Below are positions 23,475 to 34,834 of a stretch of 53,854 nucleotides of DNA, piece after piece. Source of the stretch: Bacilli bacterium. Lineage in GTDB: Bacteria > Bacillota_I > Bacilli_A > ML615J-28 > CAG-313. A program made the translations under genes and the position numbers. Below the pieces are notes generated by a model. It worked only from the letters and a program-made list of their open reading frames with translations, made no database searches and was not told the origin of the DNA. The DNA lies in the NCBI GenBank assembly GCA_900770645.1, contig CAAGKY010000044.1, positions 1 to 53,854 of the forward strand, read 5' to 3'. The number at the start of each line of letters is the position of its first letter. The stretch's first letter is position 1.

Positions 23475-25352
23475 TTAAAACTTTTCATTTAGACCAGCTA
23501 ATTCATATAAAGAATCCCAGTCATAATCATCGTTTTTACGATTTTCTTTTTGTTCTTTAATAACAACTTTAGAGTTCTTATTAATAGAATAAGGTCTAGT
23601 ATAAGTAACATTTTCAGTTAGAATCTTGTCACAAACTTCGTTAATTTGTTCGAAAGATGTTTTATCTCCTAATCTACTAGAAATATCAGAAGGTCTAACT
23701 CCTAATTGTGACGCTCTAAATGAAATGTATTGTTCAAGCATTTTTGCACATTTAGCTTTATACGCTTTTGCAATCTTAACGCTTTCTGAAAGTTTCTTTT
23801 CATACTCACTAGTTGTGTTTGCTAATTTTTTATTTAGATCATCAACTTTTGTTTGTGCTACTTTCACTTGTTCAGTTAAAGTAACTGTTTTTTCTTTTTC
23901 TGCTTTAATACTTTCATTTAATTTTGAAGCATTTGCAGTCTTTAATGCGTTAATAGCATTATCTTTTTGAACTAATTTTTCGTTCAAATTCTTAATTTGT
24001 GCTTCAGCTACTCTTACTCTTGCTGCAATTTTGCTTGTTCTAGCAAATGCATCTTTATACTTATCAAGCTCTTCTGTCAATTCTTTAACTTTGGAATCTT
24101 CAACTGTTCTAGAACTCTTAAGATCTTTAAGTTCTTGTTCGAGTAAGTCTTTTTGACGAATCATGTCTTTTAAGCTTTCTAAAATTTCTTCATCTTCTTC
24201 TCCGTTATCTTCGGCAGGCTCAGGTTCATTAATTTCTTCTACTTCATCAGATTCACCAGCTTGAGCTTCTTCGTCCTCAAGATTTTCATCTTCAGATACT
24301 ATATTATCTTCTTCCTCATTTTCAGGAAGACTATAACCAATGTTTACAATTACTTTTCCTTCTTCAGAATTATCAAATTCTAAAGTTGTAATTTCGTATT
24401 CTTTATCTTCAATTACAATTGGTTTAAATTCTAAACTTAATTCACCTTCATATTCTTGTAATTGATCAATCATTGTGCTTACAGTATAAGCTTCTGTTTT
24501 TTCAATTTCTTCTTCAGGTTGTTCTTCAATAGGTTCTTCAGTTTCAGCTACTTCTTTATCTTCTACATCTTCGATTTCACTATCTTCATCTTCTAGATTT
24601 TCTGATTCGTCTTCTTCTTTTAAAGTAATTGCTGATTCTTGTTTAATATCGATTGAAGGAACAATTTCAACTTCTATAATTTCATCATCTTCAGTCATAT
24701 TTTCATCTAATGAAATTTCTAATTCTTCTAATGTATTTCTCATAATTTCTTTTTCTTCTTCTGGAGCGTTTTCAATAGATTCTCTTAACGCTTTCTTTAA
24801 TTTTTTATCTTTAACGTTCATTGATTCTGTCATATATTTAAGTCTAGCTGCTTTAACTGCTGGTAAAATAACAGCATCAAAACATTCGAACATATATGTA
24901 TCTGGATCAACAACTTCTTCTCCCATTTCTTCGATGAGATCACCTGATCCACGAGAACTAATTCCAATAGTAGTTCCATAATCACATAGAGTTTTTAAAA
25001 TTTTTCCAGATGGAGTATTTAAAATATCAAAGCAAGCAATTAATTGTCCATTTGCATTCTTAACTGGTTTTTCATTTAATGCAATTGCAATTTTTTCTGG
25101 ATCTACTTCTTCTCTATCAAGTGGATGTCCTAATTCTCCAAATAAGCATTTATTATTGATTTTTTCTAGGACAATTTCATCTTCGAAAACGTTGTTTCAA
25201 AGAGATTCGTTGTATTTTCTACCATTTCTAGTTGGAATCGTAAAATCGGCACATGGACCAACTAAGCGTCCTAAAATCTGTCTACTTTCCATTTCTTCTT
25301 TACTTAATCTTTTATAAGAAAAGGATTCATTTCTCTTTAAAGTTTCAAGCAT
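23475..25352 (-). CDS. Prohead protease fused to an acidic coiled-coil scaffold domain (625 aa)
   Basis: Track ORF 23475-24926 extends upstream in frame through one TGA (25199-25197) to ATG 25352-25350 (AAGGAGG upstream). N-terminal ...CLFGELGHPLDREE...GISSRGSGDL...FECFDAVILPAVKAA is prohead-protease-like (T4 gp21 type, by eye). The remainder is E/D-rich and then a K/E heptad-like coiled coil. Confidence 0.65.
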
Positions 25353-25442
25353 GATTGCTTTACCTCCTTATTATGAATAGTTTCTTCATATTTTTACTAT
25401 AATTATATTTTCATCGAAGTCGAACATAGCTCAACCAATTAA

Positions 25443-25456
25443 TCAATTAATTTAGC
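25443..25456 (-). promoter_or_regulatory. Conserved intergenic motif copy 5 (GCTAAATTAATTGA)
   Basis: Proximal of two tandem copies upstream of the protease-scaffold/MCP unit. Confidence 0.5.
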
Positions 25457-25530
25457 AGTATAAAAAAATATTTTTTTAAAAAATTTAATAATTTGATAAT
25501 TTTTTAAATTATTAAAATATTAAATAAAGA

Positions 25531-25544
25531 TCAAATAATTTAGC
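25531..25544 (-). promoter_or_regulatory. Conserved intergenic motif copy 6 (GCTAAATTATTTGA)
   Basis: Distal tandem copy, immediately after terminator 25549-25583. Confidence 0.45.
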
Positions 25545-25548
25545 AAAT

Positions 25549-25583
25549 AAAAAAACTATTTATATAAAATAAATAGTTTTTTT
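25549..25583 (-). terminator. Rho-independent terminator after 25598-26068
   Basis: Stem AAACTATTTAT/ATAAATAGTTT (25553-25563/25569-25579), loop ATAAA, flanked by A- and T-runs. Confidence 0.7.
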
Positions 25584-25597
25584 ATTATTTTAATTTA

Positions 25598-26068
25598 TTA
25601 TCTAAATTCACGTCTTCCAGCTAAACATTCTAAAACTAATAGATCTGTCTTTATTAGTTTCAATAAATTTAAACAGCTTGAAGAATCTTTAGTTGAATAA
25701 TATTCGTGTAATACTTTTAGTAATTCTTCTGCACGAATTTCTTTTAAGAATAAGTCTTTGTCTTTTTCTAGCTTATTACTATATAGATTAATTTGAACTA
25801 ATAAGCAAACTAAAGTTGTTATACATTGATCTTCATTCTCGATATCTTTTAATATATTTACATATAGAGGAGATTTTTTCTGATTGTGCTTTTTTCTAAG
25901 CATCTCATAAAAATTACCAGCTTCAATTCACTTATTTTTAACAATAAACTCTAAAACTTTTGTTGGAATATCTTTAGATATAAGTAACTCTTTCATATTA
26001 TTTCTAACATCTATTCCTGCATCTTCCATTTTTACCAAAATTGATAAGCAATCACTTTTTGTTAACAT
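25598..26068 (-). CDS. Hypothetical protein (156 aa)
   Basis: Track ORF 25598-25903 extended through TGA 25930-25928 to ATG 26068-26066 (AAAGGAAA upstream); TAA 25600-25598. Confidence 0.5.
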
Positions 26069-26094
26069 TGTTATATTTCCTTTCGTTTTAAAAA

Positions 26095-28038
26095 CTAATT
26101 ATTTTTAGTAAAGTCTTTATTTTCGTCTAGCTCTGTAGGTGAAGGTAGAAAATCACTTTCTTCTAGAAATTCGCTTTCATTAAACACTTCTTGATCTTCA
26201 GTAAGTCTAATTAATCCTGAAGTTTCTTCAATAGATTCCATAGCGATTTCAACATCTCCAGAATTTCCTAATTCTCCTAATTCTTCTGAGCTATCTTCTG
26301 TTTCGTCTGGTACACTATCTAATTCTTCGTTTTCAGTTTCTTCCTCTTCTTTTGCAGCAGCTTCTAGCGCATTAATTTCTTCTTGAATAATTTGAAGAAT
26401 TCCATCACCATAGTTAAGAGTACCAATTAGTTCTTTAAGAATTTCTAAGCGTCTAGCTTTGTCTTCGATATCACTAAATAGAGATTGCATATTACTAATT
26501 GCAGAAATTCTATTAGTTAAATCTGATCTATAATCGATTTCTTCTTGAGTAATAGGCGCTTTCATTTTTAATACGAAGTTATTTAGATAAGCTTTACATC
26601 CTTTGTCGATTAAGAATAAATTAATAGCATCAGTTAAAGCTTGAATAATCGCATTTTGAACTCTTTTTACACTTTTAGCAAATACGCTTGAGATAATCGC
26701 AAGTGATGTACCACCATTAAATCCAGCTCCATCTTCAGTATATCCTAAATAAGCTTTAGGGATACCAAATGCAGCGTAGAACTTAATAATTCATGCGTCT
26801 AAGTCTGCTAAGTTTTTTACATCGATGTCTCCACCAATAGCATTAATAGTTATTGCACCCTGACCATTATGAGTAGCTGTAAAAATATTATTTTCAATTG
26901 GTCCTGGGCTATTGTATTCAGACATAGCTTCACCAACATTTAATGCAGATTTTTGTTCAAATAGCTCTTTTACTCTTCTTAATGTTTGTTGGACTTGTGT
27001 TTTAGGCATATCACCTACTTCAACTTGAATATTTCTAACAATAGAAGATTTTGTAATTCTATTTAATAAGATTGAGTTTTCCAATAATGATTTTTCTCTT
27101 CAAATTTTATATGCATCAATTAGCATAGATTTACCACGTCTAACAGTATAAGCTTGTGAATTAGTATTATTTTTATAATCATCGTCAGTTACGAATAATT
27201 CAACTTTTTCTGGGAATCTTGTAAAATTATCTTCTAAGCAAGCATGAACAAAATCATCAGCTTGATAAATATTTACATCTGTAGACTTCATTCTAAAGTT
27301 TCCAATAGTATTGTTTGAACCAGTAGCACCAAAAGTAGAAGATAAGAAGTCTACTTTATTCTCTTCATTTGGAGTTTCAATATATCCATAAGTTCTTCCG
27401 AATTTTACTAGTTCATAAATTGTTCCTGGATCATTTATCATTTCTACGTAGTGACTATATTTATCACTAGTATTATGAATATTTAAATTAATAGCTTCAT
27501 CTAAAGGCTTATTTGTAGATTCATTTAACGTTGTTCTAGCAGCTAAAGAATTATTTATATTATCTTTCTTAAAGACTTTGTCTTCATAATCAGATTCTCT
27601 AAATAATCGTAAATAGACATCACCGTACTTAATTAGATTATAAACTCATCCATAAATATTTTTATCTGCGTTCATTACGTTTAATAAATAATTTACAAAT
27701 AGGCTTATTTTTGGGTCTTGTGATTCGCATCAAACAATATGACCTTGATCATTCATCTCTGTTGCTTCTTCTGCAATAATTTTTATTACAGAAGCAACAC
27801 TCGAATCAGCAGCCATATTATCTATTACTTGGTATACTTGTTCTCTAGAATTAGATAGAGATGTAAAACTTTCAATCGCACTTGTGTCTAATCCACCATT
27901 GATTCCACCTTCAATTATGTCATCAATTAGTGCTTTAGTTATATCTATATCTATCTTAGTCGTACTATCTAAAGTTGTAGGCTGTGCTTGTGAACCTACA
28001 AGTGGATTTTTAGTTTTTTTAGATTGAGTATTTTCCAT
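26095..28038 (-). CDS. Portal protein (647 aa)
   Basis: Joins track ORFs 27730-28038, 27100-27441, 26791-27084 and 26095-26565 (one frame, 4 TGA, no TAA/TAG; checked). ATG 28038-28036 after AAGGAG. Size, the acidic C-terminal tail and the position after TerL fit a portal. Confidence 0.75.
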
Positions 28039-28048
28039 ATAGTCTCCT

Positions 28049-30073
28049 TTATATTATTATAATACCATCAGTAAGATCTCGATAGTATTTTCATTCTTCT
28101 TGTTCTTTCTTCTTTTCAAACTCATTTGCTGAAGCTTGTTCAGCATAAATTTTAGTTAATTCTTCTTCGAAATTTATTATCAGTTGCTGTTTTTGATAGT
28201 TATCATTTGAAATTGAGTTTACAGATAGTGATGCGTCTAAGCTTTCTCCAAAGTTATACGCAAAATCTGCTGCAAAACTACTTGCTCTAAATGTTGCACC
28301 ACAAACAGCATCGAGAATATCTTTATGAAAGTTTGGCGTATGGTCAACTTTACCAGTATTGATATTTCTTTCTACATCTAAGAATTCGTCAAATAATCTG
28401 CTTGTCTTATACATCAAGAAACGTTTTTCATAGATTACATTTTTTAAGAATTGATAAGGTTTACAGATTCTATCTGAGTCAACTCTATCGACAGATACAA
28501 CTTCACAGTCAAAACCTTCGCTTGAAAGTTGTTGTCTTAAGTCATATGACTGAAATGTATCCGAAGTAATTGACTTAATATTAAATCCGACACTTTTTAG
28601 CCATCTAATAAATATTCTATTTTTTTCAAAAGATATTTGTCGTCCTTTTGGAGCTTTAATTGCAGCTGAAAAAGCCAATCTAAATGATAAGTCCTTAGCT
28701 TCATCTTCACCATTTGCACTAGGCTTCTTACCAGTTATTCATACTCCAGCAATACCCGTCATGTCACCTGAAATAGACATATCCAGATGGATAAATAACG
28801 GTAAAGCTTTTAATTCTTCTGGAATAACCGATAAATCAAAGAAATTAGAATATTGAAGTCTATCTTCTGGTCCATTACCAACTTCTAAAATTTCTTTTGT
28901 AAATGGATTTTTGATATTTTCATTAATAACTTCTTTGACTGCACTTGCTGACATATATTTATTTAATGAACTACTAGAAATACCAGCAAAGTCACAAAGT
29001 GCTCTTTCAATGTCTTCTATAAATTTTGATTTAAAATCGATTGGAACATCAATAACTTTATAGCCACGTTCTTTATAAGAATCTAAATTTTGATATTCAT
29101 TTTCTGGAATAATTATACTTTCTAAGAATTTATTTCCTAGACCGACTTTAAATAATTTATCAGAGTATGTTCCTTTTGGTTTTACTTCTCAAACAGGTTT
29201 ATCAATAACTAAAGTGTTATTTCCATCAGTTTGAGAGAGCATTTTTATATATTCTTCCATGAATGATTGTTCACTTCTTTTTGAAGAAGCTACAACGAGC
29301 ATAGTAGGATTAACTCCACCAAAAACGAAACGTGTCATCATACCACCTATTGCTGTATCAATCATATCTTTTGCTTTTTTCTTTTGTTTATCTATATCTT
29401 GATTTTTAATGAACGAAATTTCGTCGAAGAACGCATAATAGATAGGTTTACCAATTACATCATCAGCTTGTGAACCAATGATTATAGATAAAGGTTCAGG
29501 CGGATTTCAATAATCTTGATTATTACGTCTAGTCATTGTTCCACGACTCATAAATCAAGGAGAAGCTTGGATAGTTTTTTGGAATTTACTTACTGCGATT
29601 TCTTCTGCTAGAGCTAATTTAATATTCATAAAAGCAAAACAGATTTTTTCAGTAGGTTTTAATCTAAAATATTCTAATGGATTTTTTAAGCACATAACTC
29701 TATACATTAGGTATGCACCAACACATCCACAGGCAACTTCTGATTTACCAAGACCTCTGGCACCACTTTCTAATAAACAGTTATACGCGGTAGTTAGATT
29801 ATCTGGAAAAAGCTTTTTTAATTCACCTAATCAAAATGGATATAGTTTAATATTTCCAGCAGCATCTTTTCAAGCTTGACCTAGATAATGATCATTTGTA
29901 ATAAATGTCTCAATATCTACTGGTATCTCTCTATACTCTGCGTATTTTAAGTCTTCTAAGATGTCCGATTTACCTTCTTCTGCATACTGAGCTAGAATTT
30001 GTAGCGCAACTCTTCGTTCTTCTTCAGATAAATTATTAAGAGCTTCTAAATTTATTACATCGTTAGACATCAT
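28049..30073 (-). CDS. terL: Terminase large subunit (674 aa)
   Basis: Joins track ORFs 29870-30073, 28739-28954 and 28091-28678 plus the untracked 28955-29869 (7 TGA, no TAA/TAG; checked codon by codon). Walker A-like ARGLGKSE and acidic ...YYAFFDEISF. The last TGA (28093-28091) is followed by 13 codons to TAA 28051-28049. Confidence 0.8.
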
Positions 30074-30109
30074 CTACTCGTTTCCTTTCTTTTAATAATT
30101 TACTATTAT

Positions 30110-30118
30110 ATTATACAA
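30110..30118 (-). promoter_or_regulatory. TTGTATAAT element (-10-like) upstream of terL
   Basis: Minus strand ATTGTATAATATAATAG, 36 nt upstream of ATG 30073. The same element recurs at 49075-49083 and 50566-50574. Confidence 0.3.
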
Positions 30119-30130
30119 TATTTATAAAAA

Positions 30131-30949
30131 CTATTTGTTTTCATCACTTGAATCAGTAGAATCTGAAGTTTCTTTTTTATTTTTTTCAGCAACTGGATTT
30201 TTATTGCTTCCTTTTTTAATCTTACCTCTATCGCGTCCTCATTGATTTACGATATCGATAATATTTTTATCAGAGTCTAATTTAGTATCTTCTGGAACAA
30301 TATCTTCCTCTATTGCTTCTTCAGCTGTTACACCGTAGAGCTTTGGAAAAATAAATTTTAGAAATAATTTTCTCTTGTTCTCTGCCATGTAGTTAATATA
30401 ATTATTAATTACTGATGCAACTTTCATAGCTCAGTCTAAATTATTTAGCACTAATAAAACGTGTTTACATCCTTTTCCAGTAGAATTAGCCATTCCGGTT
30501 TTTCCAGGACCTGGGTCTTTGTCTGAACCATCTACAGAATCTCCACTAATAATTAGCGCATGAGCATATCGATATTTAAAGTCGTCGCATGAGCATTTTA
30601 CTTTTATTTGGTTCATATTAAATACTTTTGTTACAGCTTGAACAATTGTTCGATATTCGAGTTTATTATTATTACTCTTAATATTTTTAGCAATCTCAGA
30701 TACGACTCCATCTACTTTTAATGTTACGTCATATTCAGAAGTTTCTCCAGTTACTGGAATATTTATTGTAAGTAAATCAGCCTTGAAAAAATCATCCATA
30801 TTAATATTATTATAATTTTTTACTTGTGTAGCAATTTTAGAGAATTTTTTACGCTCAAATCTATTCTTACCACGTATATTATGTTTATAAATATCTACAG
30901 ATTTTGATTTACTAACTAGTTGATTTCTTGTATCTTCTTTTAATTGCAT
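30131..30949 (-). CDS. SWIM zinc-finger protein (272 aa)
   Basis: Joins track ORFs 30431-30949 and 30239-30427 and extends to TAG 30133-30131 (2 TGA). CSCDDFKYRYAHAL...GKGCKHVL is a CxC...CxH SWIM pattern. Has a basic, Ser-rich tail. Confidence 0.55.
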
Positions 30950-30975
30950 AATACTACCTCCTAGTTTTTAACTAT

Positions 30976-30989
30976 CTGTATAATTTAGC
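30976..30989 (-). promoter_or_regulatory. Conserved intergenic motif copy 7 (GCTAAATTATACAG)
   Basis: Lies between terminator 31007-31036 and the GGAGG/ATG of the SWIM gene. Confidence 0.45.
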
Positions 30990-31006
30990 AAATAAATTTA
31001 ATAAAA

Positions 31007-31036
31007 ATAAAAAAGAGACTAATTAAAGTCTCTTTT
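31007..31036 (-). terminator. Rho-independent terminator after the nucleotidyltransferase gene
   Basis: Stem AAAGAGACT/AGTCTCTTT (31012-31020/31027-31035), loop AATTAA. Overlaps the TAA 31037-31035. Confidence 0.75.
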
Positions 31037-32363
31037 ATTGTTCAGTTAAACTTAAATCTGCTGAAACTAACTCATTTTTTAATTCTTTAAGACCGTCTAA
31101 ATATGAATTATTTCTAAGCTCTTTAAAAACAAGATTTCCGATTCCGTATTCTCCGTCATTTGCGATACTTTCTCTTCTCATTTCATAAAGCTCTTCGAAG
31201 AATTTTTCAATTTCTTCTATTTGTTGACTCTCAATAACTTTATTAGCTTTGTCTACTCAATTATTAAATTCTTCTTCAATCTCTTCTTCATTAATATCTG
31301 GAATATCCTCTAAAATAGGCTCCTTAATTCATTTATTGTTCATTACAGAATATATACCATTAGATTTTAATGCAGAAGGTTTTCTTTCTTCTTCTAATTT
31401 TGTATCACTAGTTTCAACATATATTTCTACAGGAATTCCATAAAAATCTATGTCATATTTATCATTAAATAATGATTTATATTTGTCATAAATAATTGGA
31501 TATAAATTAGCTTCACTTCCTAATTTTTCTGTATTTGCAACAATATGAATATCTAAATCACTATCTTTAGTGTAATTATATGAACAATTTGATCCTACAA
31601 GTTTAATATCTTCTACTTCAATTTTAATTTCGTCTTCTTTTAACTGCTCTAAAAATTTGTCAGCTATCTCTAATATTTTTTCTCTAACTTCGTCTCTTAA
31701 AACTTTATCTTCATCCCAAAGTTTTGGATTAAGTTGGTCATGTTTTTCAATATCTTCAGATAGACTTTCTTTTATTACTAATTGATTTGCAATCTTATTT
31801 AATGTTTCAATAATAGTTTTTTTAGATAAAACTTGTTTAATACAGTTTTTAATCTGTGGTTCGTCAACTTTGGCAATTGGTAAATTAATGCATAATTGTA
31901 ATAATTTATTTATTTTACTTTTGTCTACTTTTAGAACAACAGCTCAAATGAGATAAAGAACGTAGTCAACCATTAATTGTGTTTTTTGTTTATCATTTAG
32001 ATTATAAAGATCGATCATTGGATCTTTATTAGCAATAATATTAGTTAAGTCAACAATTAAACTATCTACATCTTCGTAGACTTCTTTTGCAAAATGGTCT
32101 GTAAAATCTGATTCTTCTAAAGTAATGTTATCTAATCTGATTTCCTTAGTTCCCATTAATCCTCTATTGACTAGCTCTTCTATTATTTTGAGTCCAGCAT
32201 TTTTAAAATTATTATCTCTGCAGATTTCCAAATAATCTCTTAGTTTTTGATCACTGCAAGCTTTGACATTTTCACGTCTTTGTCCAATATCAAATAATCT
32301 CATTTTTTCAACTGCTGAAAGATTAGATGATTCAGAAAGACTTTTTACATTTATCTTTTTCAT
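31035..32363 (-). CDS. Nucleotidyltransferase-fold (Pol-beta superfamily) protein (442 aa)
   Basis: Track ORF 31944-32363 continues through 3 TGA for 303 more codons (checked codon by codon) to TAA 31037-31035. KLVGSNCSYNYTKDSDLDIHIV gives the GS...DxD minimal NTase signature. Confidence 0.6.
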
Positions 32364-32386
32364 TATATTATACCTCGTTGGTCTTA

Positions 32387-33226
32387 CTAAAAGGTAATTC
32401 TACAATCTAAGTACGCTTTACCACACATTGTATCTACTAACACGTAGTTTTGCAAGTCTGTACTAGTTATAAAATTTAAATTTTTATGTTTTGTATCAGT
32501 TATTTCAATAATTTTATAGTTAAATGTTTGGAGGTAACTTGGTTCACGCTTAGTTGCGCTCTTACCATCTTTAAAATTATCTAAGAATACTTCAGCTTGT
32601 TGCACACTATCAAAAAGTGGACATGCTCGATACGATCTGAAGTCCATTCCACCCATTTTTACACTATACACATCATTTTTTGTTTTTTTATCTAAATAAA
32701 TAGTTCGTCGTCAATCTTCTGGAGATCTACATCATATTCAATATTTTGGAAGATTTTGTGAACTTGAGCTATTAAATTGATTTTGAGTATTAATTTTAGT
32801 CACTAAAGTTAATTGTGTTTCAAGAACGTCTTTATACTTTTCTCGACGTGTTTCAAATAAATTTGCTTGTTGAGCAATAGTTTTTAGTGCTGATCTTAAT
32901 TCATCTTTAGTAACAAATTTGCAGCATTGCTCCACTAAAACATTTGAAAAATCATTTATCTTTAAAACTATACTAGCCACAAGTCGTCTAAATATTAATT
33001 TTACCTTATCTTCTGGTGATTTAACACGTAGAATCCAACAAGCAGCACTATGATCTAAGAAGTCAAATAGTGTTTTATTTGTAGTTGTTTGAAGATTAAA
33101 TGATTCTAAACTATTTACATATCAAGCTACTACTTGTCCAAAATCTGTCTCTACTGGTATGAAATCATTAATATCTGTACTGATTAAATTGTTAATATCT
33201 ACTGATTCAATTAGTTTTTGACTCAT
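32387..33226 (-). CDS. Hypothetical protein (279 aa)
   Basis: Joins track ORFs 32738-32980 and 32387-32671 (4 TGA). ATG 33226-33224 after GGAGG; TAG 32389-32387. Confidence 0.55.
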
Positions 33227-33241
33227 GAGTAAGCCTCCAAA

Positions 33242-34114
33242 CTATTGAAATTCTTCTAATCTAGCTGGAATAACGAATTTTATATTACATGCATCGCAGC
33301 ATTTTCCTGATTGTTTATAAGGTTCAGGATTATTTCCATATCCATCTAATTCTTCACCACAAATACAGCAAACTTCTTTTTTCGACTCTCTTAATGTTTT
33401 ACCATAGATATCTATATCATCAAAATCTAAATCTAATTCATGAATTGATTCATAAATATTCTTGTGAGAAATAGATTCTTCAAATTCAGCTCCAATTATT
33501 CTATCTGCATAAACACGCTTTAATTCTTTTTCTGAAGCTCTTTCAATGTCTATTTTTTCACGTTCTTCTTCATTTTTTACCGCTAATTCATAGTCCATTA
33601 GTTTCATATGATTTTTGTCAAAAAGCATACCGTCTTCATAGAAATATATAATATCTTTAGAAGTAAGTTTTGACACGTCATCGTTATCAACCAAATTATT
33701 TAATGTGTATATTGTACAATCTTGATCATTATACTCAATTAAATAATTAATAATATCTGTTTTTGTGGAACAGAATTTATTAATTGGTCTAATATAGTAT
33801 CTTCTAACATATCTTTTTGCTTCACTTAAGTTTATATTTTCAGACATAGCTACACCTTCTCCTCCTGAACTTTCTGATCCAACTGAGCTAATATTACTAC
33901 CATCTACTCCTGCAGAAGCAAATGTTCCAATTTCTTGACAAATTTTCTCAGCTTCTCTATTAGCCGCAATTTCTCAACTTCCATTTGGCATTCCATCAAA
34001 ACGTTTATTAAACATATTAATATCATGTGCTGGATAGCCTGTTGAATAAGTTACTTTTGGTTTTCTTTTTCTTTTCTTCTTTTTTGCTTCAGTAAATTCG
34101 TTTATATTTTCCAT
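33242..34114 (-). CDS. Hypothetical protein with basic N-terminus and C-terminal Cys-rich zinc ribbon (290 aa)
   Basis: Joins track ORFs 33974-34183 (from internal ATG 34114-34112 after GAGGAG) and 33242-33847 via TGA 33976-33974. Motifs KKKKRKRKPK and CCICGEELDGYGNNPEPYKQSGKCCDACN. Confidence 0.5.
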
Positions 34115-34193
34115 TATAAGATTCTCCTCATAAGTGTTTATTTTATAATTAAGACAGTTAAGCTCAGTGAAAGGATAAGCCAAAACTCAACTG

Positions 34194-34207
34194 TCATATA
34201 ATTTAGC
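34194..34207 (-). promoter_or_regulatory. Conserved intergenic motif copy 8 (GCTAAATTATATGA)
   Basis: Immediately after terminator 34212-34244, about 80 nt upstream of ATG 34114. Confidence 0.5.
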
Positions 34208-34211
34208 AAAT

Positions 34212-34244
34212 AAAAAGAAAGTTTATCTCTAAACTTTCTTTTTT
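34212..34244 (-). terminator. Rho-independent terminator after 34250-34822
   Basis: Stem AAGAAAGTTT/AAACTTTCTT (34215-34224/34231-34240), loop ATCTCT, with flanking A/T runs. Confidence 0.75.
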
Positions 34245-34249
34245 ACTTT

Positions 34250-34822
34250 TTATTTAAGATTTTGTTGTCTTTGTCATTTTCTAAAATCTGATTCTTCAGA
34301 TTCAGCTTCTGGTTCTTCAAAATCTGAATTAAAAAAATCATCTTTATTGTCATTTTCAGGTTTATCATCGTCAGAGATTAAAATATTAGATAATTCTTCA
34401 ATATGCTCTAATTCTTCATCATTAATGTGCTTTAAAATCTTTTCAGCTTCTGGATAAACTTCATCATCTTTTAATTCATCTAAAGTTTTAGTGTATCCAT
34501 CGATTGCTTCTTTTTCGTCTAAGATTAACTTTGCAATAGCTGTTTCAGCTTTTTCACTTAACTCTTCTTTTAAATTAGAGTCTTTATTTGGAATAACGAT
34601 ATCTTTTTTCTCTAGACTTTGTTGTAATTGTCCTATTGCTATAAGATAAGCATCAAGTAAATCTTCTAAGATTTTTTCAATTTCTTTAGTTCCAGAAAAT
34701 GCTTGTTTTAATCCTGAGATATTAGTCTTTAAGTTGGCTACTTCGTCTCAGCTTTTACTAATAAATCCAGCTACAAAATCAACTGGTAATATTTCTTTTT
34801 TTGCTTCTTTTAAAATTTTCAT
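34250..34822 (-). CDS. Ferritin-like (rubrerythrin / encapsulated-ferritin-type EXXH) protein with acidic tail (190 aa)
   Basis: Not in the track (2 TGA). ATG 34822-34820 after AAGGAAA; TAA 34252-34250. ...LILDEKEAIDGYTKTLDELKDDEVYPEAEKILKHINDEELEHIEELSNIL has the E..AI..Y / EE..H helix pair. Confidence 0.45.
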
Positions 34823-34834
34823 ATTTTTATTTCC

